This document shows, piece after piece, positions 29,373-40,339 of a DNA stretch of 64,000 nucleotides. The DNA lies in contig OZ024742.1 in assembly GCA_964016885.1 (NCBI GenBank), positions 214,272,001 to 214,336,000 on the forward strand, given 5' to 3'. Source of the DNA: Eledone cirrhosa (lineage: Eukaryota). The position numbers were made by a program, and so were the translations under genes. Every line of letters starts with the position of its first letter. The stretch's first letter is position 1. The notes beneath the pieces are model-generated. The model ran no database searches and had not been told where the DNA came from. It saw nothing but the letters and a program-made list of their open reading frames with translations.

Positions 29373-30678
29373 TCTGTATATATATAAAATTAAGTATGTG
29401 TGTGTGTGTCTGCGTGTCTGTGTATTACCTATAGGGGCCTATATCTTTCGACGGATTTTCATGAAACTTTACAGGCTCATAGATTAGTAATCGGGGAGTG
29501 TTTTCTATGTATCAGCGCATCGTTTTTTTTTTTTTATTCCGGGGTCATTCTGCAAATAAAAATCGATAGGGGCGGGTCACCTGTTTTTAGGTATCGAAAA
29601 ATAAGATGTTTGGCTCTAGCTCCCACATTTTGCCACCGATTTCGTTCAAATTTTAAAGCAACATAGAATTTATCATTGCACATCCTGTAATCGCTTTAAA
29701 TTTTGTATTTGTTGTACAGGAACGGTGTGGCAGCAGCTTAAATATTTTAAAATACCACTTTTAGACTCAAATTTCCACATTTTCTGCTCTAGCTCCCACA
29801 TTAATCAAGCTACTTTGTTCAAATTTTAAACTACGCTAGATCTGAGAATTCTACGTCTTAAAATTGCTTTAGATTTTGGATCTTTATTTCAGAACCGGTG
29901 TGGCAGCCGCTTAAATATTCGAAAATACCACCTTTTCGCTCAAATTTCCGCCTTTTTGGCTCTAGCTCCCACATTTTTCAACAGATTTCGTTCAAATTCG
30001 AAAATTCGGCTCCACCTCACACATAAATTAATTTATTTGGTTCAACTTTTATACTACGATATAATCTATCATTAGCTCCCACATTTTTCAATCGATTTCG
30101 TTCAAATTCGAAATTTGGCTCCAGCTCACATATAAATCAATTTATTTGGTTCAACTTTTATACTACGATAGAACCTATCATTGCACATCTTATAGTAGCT
30201 TTACACTTTGCATTTTTTGTTCAGGGACGGCGACCTATCATTAGCTCCCACATTTTTCAACCGATTTCGTTCAAATTCCAAACTTCGGATACACCTCACA
30301 CATAAATCAATTTATTTGGTTCAACTCTTATACTACGATAGAACCTATCATTGCACATCTTATAGATGATGGTCAAAGTAAAAAGGATGGCCACTGCCGT
30401 CGTCTGAGCTTTTAGTTGTCTATTTGAGAATTCATCGGTTTCCAATCAAGTAGCGTGAGGAAACTTGGCTTAGTGTTAGAGGTCATTTCCTCCCTCCTCC
30501 AGCATGCCCCTTCGTCAGTTACCCGCGTTTCTCAGTGATAGAGGTCATCACCACCCTCCCCCGATTGGCCTCTGTGTGGCCATAGATGGGACATCGAGAA
30601 GCAGTCGCTAAGATCAACACCTTTTCATCAAAGCAGATATTATTTTACCTACCCAGGCAACGCTTGGTACTGTTGCTA

Positions 30679-30679
<1 letters not shown>
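29373..30679 (+). mobile_element. Non-autonomous Helitron with internal tandem repeats
   Basis: 5' A|TC start; subterminal hairpin CCAGGC-AAC-GCTTGG (30653-30667) then CTAG|T; internal unit TAGCTCCCACATT recurs near 29617, 29790, 29963, 30073 and 30242. Confidence 0.75.
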
Positions 30680-30746
<67 letters not shown>

Positions 30747-30773
30747 GTATATATATATAAATATGTGTGTGTA

Positions 30774-30805
<32 letters not shown>

Positions 30806-31577
30806 TATGTGTGTATGGGTATGAAGGCATAGTATGTGTCTTTATAACAATTGATTCAAGCATAGAAAGTCATTCAGTAAATTGTAGCTCAAGTACAATG
30901 GAAGCTAGACAACATTAATTAACATCGGGCTCCCAAATATTTTGGTAGTATATACTGTATATTTTGGTAGTATAAACTGTATATAATTTGTTACATCATT
31001 TAAATTATCATTAAAATGAATGAGAATAGAATTGAAAAACAATTTTCAGAAAATAAATGTTCAAAAAATATATGTTCAAATAGACAAGATTATGACGAAG
31101 AATACAATTCCAACATGAAATATATAATTTGTATTTCATATAGCTTCAAGGCAGCAGTACCTGAAGCACTGGATTGGAATAATATTAGGATTTCAGGCTT
31201 CTGGCTACCCGAGCTCCTGCTATAGTTTCAATTTCTGTTTGGAAGCAATTTCTATCAACGGAAATAAAATAAAAAAAACAAACAAAAAGCAATGGCAGAA
31301 ATTTACTCATTATCCAGGAATCACGCTATGAACATTCTTAATATGTTACCACAATCTCCCTTGAAACATTTAGGGCGTTACTGTGCTGTGCTGCGTAATA
31401 TTTAATGCAGTGAACTAATACACAAACACGCATACAAACACACTCCTCCACACACACACTCACGCGCACACATATATATGTATATATTATCATATACATA
31501 CACACACACACACACCTATATATATACACATATTTATACATATATACACACACACACACACATACATTTACACACAC

Positions 31578-31630
<53 letters not shown>

Positions 31631-31638
<8 letters not shown>

Positions 31639-31970
31639 CAAATAAAAACTATATTTATAAAACCATATTTATTTCATTATACATATTTCAAGGACACGAA
31701 AGCAAATTATGGTGCGCTTTCATCAGATAAAAGATCATATAGATCAGTTTTATAAACAAATATTGACATACCCTTAAAGAATGCAACCATGTCGGTTGGA
31801 AGCTCCTGGATATGGTTGCATTCTTTAAGGGTATGTCAATATTTGTTTATAAAACTGATCTATATTATATTTTATCTGATGAAAGCGCCCCATAATTTGC
31901 TTTGGTGTCTTGAAATATGTATAATGAAGTAAATATGGTTTTATAAATATAGTTTCCATTTGTTAATATA
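31631..31970. repeat. About 160-bp-arm inverted repeat with one hammerhead-like motif per arm (family P3)
   Basis: Arms 31631-31790 and 31812-31970; CTGATGA-AAG..CTT-GAAATATGTA at 31677-31730 (-) and 31872-31924 (+). Confidence 0.8.
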
Positions 31971-32059
31971 TTGTATTTTTACTCCAAAATTTGTTGAAAG
32001 CTTTATATCAATTATAAAAATATTTGCTTGTTGTATTCTAACAAATTAAATATAACTTC

Positions 32060-32125
<66 letters not shown>

Positions 32126-32290
32126 CGTACAGTAGTATGTATATATATACATACATGCACACATATATATATGTACGTATGGATTCACCGAACATTTATT
32201 ATAATGCTCGGTTGTAAACAAACATACCGTATTAAGCCGTACAGTGTTTAGCAACCATCGTTGCCCTTTTGTTCAACACTGACAAAGGAA

Positions 32291-32331
32291 CGATGTACTA
32301 GTTTCAAGCTTATTAGCTATCGTCAGCACCG
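32291..32331 (-). ncRNA. Minimal type I hammerhead ribozyme, canonical core
   Basis: CGGTG-CTGACGA-T-AGCT(AATA)AGCT-T-GAAA-CTAGTA-CATCG; palindromic ACTAGT loop III, GUA site, as in Penelope-associated minimal hammerheads. Confidence 0.8.
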
Positions 32332-32779
32332 TATACCTTTCTGCCAGATGATTGAACTTCTGAAAGTATATACTTTCCTTATGCATATTAACGGCTGAGC
32401 AGCCTAATTTGCATATCGTGTGAGTTAATAGGCCGGGAGCACCGAAAACGATAAATGGAAAAAATGAAACGAAATTTTATTTCTCACTCACTCTTAGATT
32501 ATTACTGGAATTCTATAAGACTCCAGCCACTATAATTTTCGGCGAAGGCGGGGAGTACGATGCTCTGAGGATCGCCAACAGCTTCTCTCCATTCTTTTGC
32601 CGAAAAAACAAAGCAAGTGATATAATCACTACTTTTAAAATGATAGCGGAAGGTCTTCAAAATGTTTTTAATTAAACATACGGTATATTGCCAAATATAC
32701 AATACATATATTCATTTCATGTATACATCGCTATTTCAGAGCACCAATCCTAATATATATATATAGAGAGAGAGAGCGA

Positions 32780-33025
32780 TAAATTAACGGAGCCATAGAC
32801 TCTTGTTATTCCCTGTCAATAATGTGTTCAAAGGAAAAGGAATCCTGCCTTCCATAGAGTATAGATTCAATACACAGGTGGTTTTCCCTGTTTTATTGAT
32901 GCCACACTTTCTCTAGAGTGTTACCTTTTCAACATATTGTATTTTAAAGAGCTCAGGATTCCTTTTCCTTTGAGCACATTATTGACAGGGAATAACGAGA
33001 GTCCATGGCTCCGTTAATTTACCGT
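32780..33025. repeat. P2-family inverted repeat
   Basis: 32780-32846 is the reverse complement of about 32954-33021; the spacer 32846-32942 recurs at about 33363-33463. Confidence 0.75.
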
Positions 33026-33616
33026 GATATTTCGCTCCTTATAACAGTCTTTCCTCTCTCACTGTTTGGTTGAGCACACTTCTTTGAGTGGTTTTTGGGC
33101 TGCCCTTTCTAGCAGCTCGCCCCTCAGATACTGCTGGTTCACTGCCCTAAACACGCTGTGACATCTCTCTGCCGCGTGTAGCTGGACGGTCGCTTTAGAT
33201 TCTCTTAGATTTGTCTGGAATGTATAGCGCTGATGAACCATAGGCTATTCCATTTCAGTCAAAAAGCTCCTAGCTCTCTTTGGATTTGTACGCGTGTGTT
33301 ATATAGTTATAGAGGTGCGTATATACATTTTAATTTATATTTTTAATTATTGTGTGTCTACCCTGCTTTCCATAGAGTATAGTTTCCATACACTGGTCAT
33401 TTTCCCTGTTTTATTGATGGCACACTATCTCTCTCTAGTGTGTTACCTTTTCAACATATTGTATATATATATATATATTAGAAAGTGAGGTTTTTTTTTA
33501 CAAAATGAAAAATAACCGAGGTGTCCTACACGAGTGAAAATATAAAGAAAAAAAGATGAAATCGAAAATGCAACTGGAGTCTTATTTAAAAAAATATATA
33601 TATATTTATTTGAATC

Positions 33617-33652
33617 CTTTACCGGTTTCGCAGTTCTTCTGCTTTTCAAAAG
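33617..33652 (-). ncRNA. Minimal hammerhead with UUGAAAA core (U3-A8 swap) in a solo Penelope-like tail
   Basis: CTT-TTGAAAA-GCAG(AAGAA)CTGC-GAAA-CCGGTA-AAG; palindromic ACCGGT; homologous to 36635-36672. Confidence 0.7.
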
Positions 33653-33684
33653 TGGAGTTGAGATGCAGGGTCTGTGGTTTTTCT

Positions 33685-33764
<80 letters not shown>

Positions 33765-33932
33765 AATGAATATATGAGGGATAAACATCTATACAATTAT
33801 AGAAGTGTTCGGATTACGAACGACCAAGTTAGCTGGGTTGAAAGAATACTAATTTGACATAATATGGTTTGCAAGTCTCGATTTAAATTAATAAATCAAC
33901 AAAAATAACAAACCTATATTGTCAATGGCCGT

Positions 33933-34029
33933 GATACCTGGACATATTTTAAATTTGTTTGACAAATTTCAAATTTGTTTCGCAACAATTAAGTGAAAGT
34001 TACTATTCCTGTGCTCTTCTGCAGGTATC
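33933..34029 (-). ncRNA. Type I hammerhead, CAGAAGA core, long stem III
   Basis: 8-bp stem I GATACCTG/CAGGTATC, stem II GCA/TGC, GAAA, 17-position stem III with 2 mismatches, GUC site. Confidence 0.78.
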
Positions 34030-34444
34030 CAGAAATTGGTACCTTCCACTTAAAAATACTTAAGAAGACTTAGAAACATGTGTTGTTGAACGCACGTGTG
34101 TCAGCACCTATCTCGTCTCATATCCGTGCCGCTAAAAATAGCAGTCGGTTTTATGGGACTAAGATATTAGCTCAACGCATGGAGCCGTAAATATCAAATA
34201 TTGAGTTATAAACTCGAAATAGTCTTTTACAATTAAATAGCTCAAAGAAGGGAATATTTCTGAGCCGTGTAATAAAAATGAATATATGAGGGTTGAACAT
34301 CTATACAATTATAGAAGTGTTCGGATTACGAATGACCAAGTTAGCTAGGCTGAAAGAATACTAATTTGACATAATATGGTTTGCAAGTTTCGATTTAAAA
34401 TAATAAATCAATAAAAATAACAAACCTATATTGACAATGGCCTT

Positions 34445-34541
34445 GATACCTGGACATATTTTAAATCTGTTTGACAAATTTCAAATTTGTTTCGCAACAA
34501 TTAAATGGAAATTACTATTCCTGTGCTCTTCTGCAGGTATC
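34445..34541 (-). ncRNA. Second copy of the CAGAAGA hammerhead
   Basis: Same core, stem I and GUC site; differences fall in loop II and distal stem III. Confidence 0.78.
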
Positions 34542-34760
34542 CAGTATAGGTTTGTTATTTTTGTTGATTTATTATTTTAAATCGAGACTTGCAAACCATA
34601 TTATGTCAAATTAGTATTTTTCAGCCTAGCTAACTTGGTCATTTGCAATCCGAACACTTCTATAATTGTATAGGTGTTCATCCCTCATATATTCATTTGT
34701 ATTACACGGCTCAGAAATATTCCCTTCTTTGAGCTATTTAATTGTAAAAGACTATTTCGT

Positions 34761-35330
<570 letters not shown>

Positions 35331-35537
35331 CTATATATATATATATATATTTCTGAAGACAGCATATATATGTGTAGGTATGTATATTCTCTCTGATAGT
35401 TTGTAAAATGTTTACATAGATCTATATGATATACATACAAACACACACATATATATCCTAGAAACGATCGTAAAATGATGAATTTTTTAATATAGGGAAC
35501 TGTTTCTTTGTTTTTATTCATTGTTTTTATTAATTTA

Positions 35538-35583
<46 letters not shown>

Positions 35584-35624
35584 TAAATTATATATATATG
35601 TATATATATATGTATATATATATA

Positions 35625-35704
<80 letters not shown>

Positions 35705-35956
35705 CTATATATACTTATTGAGCTCATGGTTCTGATTGCTCGCCAGATGCAATGACGCTTACAATTAGATTTATATGTCTTTCTATTCATCACTCTCACT
35801 CATTCAATCATTTTCTCTCTCACTCCTCCCCCTCTCACTCTCTCTCTCTCTATATATATATATGTACGTACATATATACGTACATATATACATATACAGA
35901 CATACTCATATACCCACCTTCATACAGATTTGCGTATATGTAGCTGGTGTAGTGTT

Positions 35957-35997
<41 letters not shown>

Positions 35998-36099
35998 AAA
36001 GAGTGAAGAATAACATGGTCAACAGTACACAAGGGTTTTATTTACAGTATTAACAATTGTTTCATTGATTAAGGTGTCCAAAACTTAATAATAAATATA

Positions 36100-36215
36100 T
36101 ATATTAACAATATTAATAAATGGAAAATATCTTTATAACAACATATTTATTTCAATATACATAATTAAAGGATACTAAATTATAGTATACTTTCATCAGA
36201 TAAAACATAATATTT
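36100..36215 (-). repeat. Diverged P3 copy with a disrupted hammerhead
   Basis: TTAT-CTGATGA-AAG-T-ATACTA(TAATT)TAGTAT-C-CTT, with GAAA mutated to TAAT. Confidence 0.55.
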
Positions 36216-36399
36216 GGTGTTAAGATAATGACATACGATAGCATAAACTTAATAGTAGAAGTCCGCTACCGGCAGCGAGTTAAAGTCTCAAAGTCACAAT
36301 GGATATAAATTAACAAGGATACATTAACTCATATATATACTCATATATACATTAACTCATATATATATATACAGAGCTGGCATATCTAAGAACTGACTA

Positions 36400-36455
36400 A
36401 CTGCCAGATGAGGTCATAGCCATACAATGGCTATCATCGAAATATATATAGCAGT
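36400..36455 (+). ncRNA. Type I hammerhead, CAGAUGA core
   Basis: ACTGC-CAGATGA-GGT-C-ATAGCCA(TACAA)TGGCTAT-C-ATC-GAAA-TATATATA-GCAGT; perfect 5-bp stem I, AUA site. Confidence 0.75.
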
Positions 36456-36496
36456 AAATAAAGGATTAAGAGTTCATGCAACTGACTTATGTTTCG

Positions 36497-36569
<73 letters not shown>

Positions 36570-36570
<1 letters not shown>

Positions 36571-37438
36571 AAAGAGATGAAATTGAAAATGCAACTGCAG
36601 TCTTTAAAAAAAAACAATATATATTTATTTGGTTCCTTTAGCGGTTTCGCAGTTCTTCTGTTTTTCAAATGTAGGATTGAGATGGAGGGTTTGTGGTTTT
36701 TCTCACATCTAGTCGGTCTTTGAATGTTACTTCTGTTTTATATGGAAAAAAGTGGTTCGAAATGCCACGTTTTTAGAGAAGTAATTTGGTTGGTTGGTGA
36801 ATAAGTATAATAAATTTCGCGCCAGTTCGCGTTACAAAGTCTTATTAAATTTGCCTTCAAACAAAGGGGTGGGGGTGCTCAGGTTGTTTTTTCATATATG
36901 AGTGAAGTTTGGTTGGTTGATGCAGTCACGTGAATAAGCACATCAGCTTTCGCGCCAGTTGGGTTTGAATTTCTTTTTATTTAAATAAATGTGGCTCACG
37001 AAGGCTTTTTTGTAATAAATTTAATTTGATTGGTTATAAATGACATTATGATAAGTACGTTAAATTTCGCGCCCGTATTTTATTATTTTTTTATTCTTTT
37101 ATAGCCATTTAGAGAATTTTGTGCCAAAGAAAAGATAATGGTCAATGAAAAGGGTTGGAGAGCATTTTTCTGAGTATGACTGATGTGCTGAAATTTAATT
37201 TGATTGGTTATAAATGAAATTAGACTGTCAGGTGACAAGTACGTTAAATTTCTCGCCCATATTTGGGAATTTATTTTGTAGCCTTTTAGAGAATTTTGTG
37301 CCAAACAAAAGATAAGGGTCAAGAAAAATGGGATGGGGAATTGTTCTGGTTCAGTGAATACCACTGGTGCGCTGGGGTGTCAGAATTCAGACTTTCTAAA
37401 AATAAAGAAAGTAGAGATATGTATGTTTTTTTGTGTGC

Positions 37439-37532
<94 letters not shown>

Positions 37533-38350
37533 GAAGATGATTCTATTAGTAGAAATGGGGGAGCTAGTTGTGTGTTTGTAAGTATGACTCGCATGTTAAG
37601 ATAGAGAGAATATATATATTTTGTGTGTATGAGTGTGTAGGAAAATGATTCTATTAGTAGACATGAGGGAGGGAGTTATGTGTCTGTGTGGGAGGATGTG
37701 GTTAGCATGTAAAGATGTAAGGTTTATTTAGTTCTGGTTTTTATTTTCTAAAGTAGAAGGTGTTATGTGTGTGTGTGTGTATGTGTATGTTTGGATGGTT
37801 AGCATGTTATGGTGTTGACATAATGTTTATTAAACTATATTTAATGTTGATCTATATTTTTGAATAAACATATTTTCCTTATTTATTCGTATTTGTTCTG
37901 TTGTATTATCAGCGAAAAGATAAAATGGAAAGACTTGGAATTTGGGTGTCTTATTACTTGCGCATATGTCTAGATGTGCACTTAGTGGTATCTATCTCGT
38001 GGTTGGATTACGTAATTGTTGGCGATGAACTGTCAATCTGTTTCTGAGTGTGAGTTTAATTTGTCCAATATAATCTTCATTGCATCCTTTACATTTAATG
38101 GCATAAAGTAGATTTTTTGATGAGCAAGTGAAGTGACTTTTTACAGCAAAATGTTGTCCTGATTGAAATGTATACGTGTTGCCTTCAATGGGGTGAGTGT
38201 AGGTTCCTCAATTAGAGCGACCATATTTTTTGACAGTTGGTTGTGGATTTGTGATAGGTAATTTGGCATTGGCGAGCAATGTTTTTAGTGATTTCGGTTG
38301 TCTTTTTCTTTTGATTATTTTGTGTGTTTCAAGGTTTTTTTTCATTATTT
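36570..38350 (-). mobile_element. Penelope-like element, 5'-truncated: GIY-YIG pseudogene, long 3' UTR/pLTR, degenerate hammerhead at 36635-36672
   Basis: Manual translation of 37830-38350; the UTR end is homologous to 33545-33690. Confidence 0.75.
37830..38350 (-). pseudogene. Penelope GIY-YIG endonuclease domain (absent from the ORF track)
   Basis: Reads KRQPKSLKTLL..FTCSSKNLLYAIKCKGCNEDYIGQ..LRNRLTVHRQQ..H..KENMFIQKY..LN with internal stops. Confidence 0.88.
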
Positions 38351-39021
38351 AAACTTGGATCCATCCATATTCTCTAATGACGCTTACGTCATTTTTGTAA
38401 TTACAAGAATGAAATCTGACCATTAAGGGATGGTGCGTTAATACGAAGATGGATGCCGAAACAGCTAATCGTTTAATTAATAGTCTCTGTGTAATTGAAT
38501 TTAAAATATATATTTAAAGGCATAAGGAAATTATGTTTTGGGGTAAGGAAGGACTATTTATTGAGATTATTTATTGAGATAATTGAGATTATTGTAATTA
38601 TAATGTTCTGATTAACGGACGCTAACCGGAAGTGTAAACATTTGAACATGTTTTAAAGGAATGAAACGTGAAATAAGCAATAGTTATATATAAGAATACG
38701 AAATTTAGTACAAAATTTAGTACAGCTACGAAATTTAGTACAAAAATTATGTAATAATCTAATTTATTTTAATAACGGGATAAGAAAAAAATATATTCAT
38801 AACGAGGTTCTGCACTGCTTACATTATTATATTATGATTTCGACATTTTAGTTGGTCTTTTATGACAGGACTTTTTTATAAGTTACAAGTGCATTATTGC
38901 TAGTGTTTTACAATTATTTGTTAACTACACACAATATTTTGTGTTGCAGATATAATAAGACTGTGCTTATCATTAATTTATGCTTACAGAGAAATATTTC
39001 TATCTGCACATTATTAAATTA

Positions 39022-39052
<31 letters not shown>

Positions 39053-39060
39053 GTAATAAT

Positions 39061-40325
39061 AAAATTCGAAAATTCTTCACCATGCACAGAATGCATCATC
39101 CTAAGGCAGATATAGATATAATATATCTCCCTAGGAAAGAAGGAGGAGGTGGGTTAGTCCAGTTAGACATTGCGTTGAAAACTGCAACAATTGGATTATC
39201 TACATATGTAAGGGAATCACATGATTGGATGATCAAATTCGTTTTGAAACACGAAAGCATCAAAAGATCATATTCCATTACAAAAGATGCACAAAGATAC
39301 AGTAATGGACTACAAATTTCAGAAGTCCTATTTACTGCTGAAATGGAAAACACAGAAAAAGCAAAGCAGGTAAAAGTAACTGCAAAGAAAGAACTGCTAC
39401 AGAAACTGGCTAAGAAATGGCAAGAAAAGCCTCTGTATGTAAAATACCCAGAACGAGCTAACAATCCTGATGTTGACAAAACTTTAACCCATCAGTGGTT
39501 GGCATCCTCTGGACTGAAATCGGAGACTGAAGGACTGATTATATCAGCACAAGATCAGTGTTTGCCAACAAAAAATTACCAAGCCAACATAATAAAAAAT
39601 GGATGCAGCCCATTATGCCGTGTTTGCAAAAAACAACCAGAGACCATTGACCATATAATTTCAATGTGCAGTCCTATAGCTCCAACCGAATACCTAAACA
39701 GGCATGACAGAGCTGCACAATACATACATTGGATAATGTGTAAGCATTTTGACCTGCCCCATCAAAAGAATTGGTGGGAGCATCAACCACCTCCAATACT
39801 TGAAAAAGATCACATCTCAATCTTGTGGAACTTTAGCATCCAAACAGACCGAAAAATAGATGCAAATAGACCTGATATAATATTGAAGGACTTTAAAAAG
39901 AGGGTATGCCTGCTAATTGATATGTCTGTTCCAATAGACAAGAATGTATCTATAAAAACATTTGAAAAATTGAGCAAGTATAAAGACCTGGAGATAGAAA
40001 TTGGAAAAATGTGGAAATTGAGAACTAAAACAATACCAGTGGTTGTAGGCGCTCTGGGAATGATACCTAAGGGGTCTAATGATTACTTATCGCAAATCCC
40101 AGGAAACCCGCGTATAGGAGAAATACAAAAGATAGTACTAATGGGAACTGCCCATATACTAAGGAAGATTCTGTCAATATAAGTACATCACAAGTCTAAA
40201 CACTAAAGATGCATGTGTGAGTATGTATGTTCTTTCTTGAACATGGCGGACCTTGTTGTCTCTTGAGGTCACTGGTTGTGACTTGGTGATAACTCGTATG
40301 AACATAAAGCAAGATAAATGCAACT
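39061..40325 (+). mobile_element. R4/Dong-like RLE LINE family B, 5'-truncated, ORF remnant uninterrupted
   Basis: YLPRKEGGGGL, AQDQ, CRVC..ETIDHIISMC, RHD, RPDII..IDMSVP..K..KY and PVVVGALG motifs; (AAT)n at the 5' flank; 3' end duplicated at 43748-43768. Confidence 0.93.
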
Positions 40326-40339
40326 ATAACGCAACTACA

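Larger units (their letters stand above)
33764..34760 (-). mobile_element. Non-coding retrozyme-like or Penelope-dependent element: about 270-bp direct repeats 512 bp apart plus an inverted copy
   Basis: 33764-34032 matches 34276-34544; 34545-34760 is the reverse complement of about 34215-34430; (TA)n on both flanks. Confidence 0.75.

Noticed and set aside
29600-30365. CRISPR-like spaced repeats
   Set aside because: The intervening sequences are themselves repeated, the context is eukaryotic and there are no cas genes.
38980-39060. N-terminus of the 400-aa ORF (MLTEKY..NNNN)
   Set aside because: Chance read-through from flank and (AAT)n into a 5'-truncated Dong-like ORF; not an intact gene.
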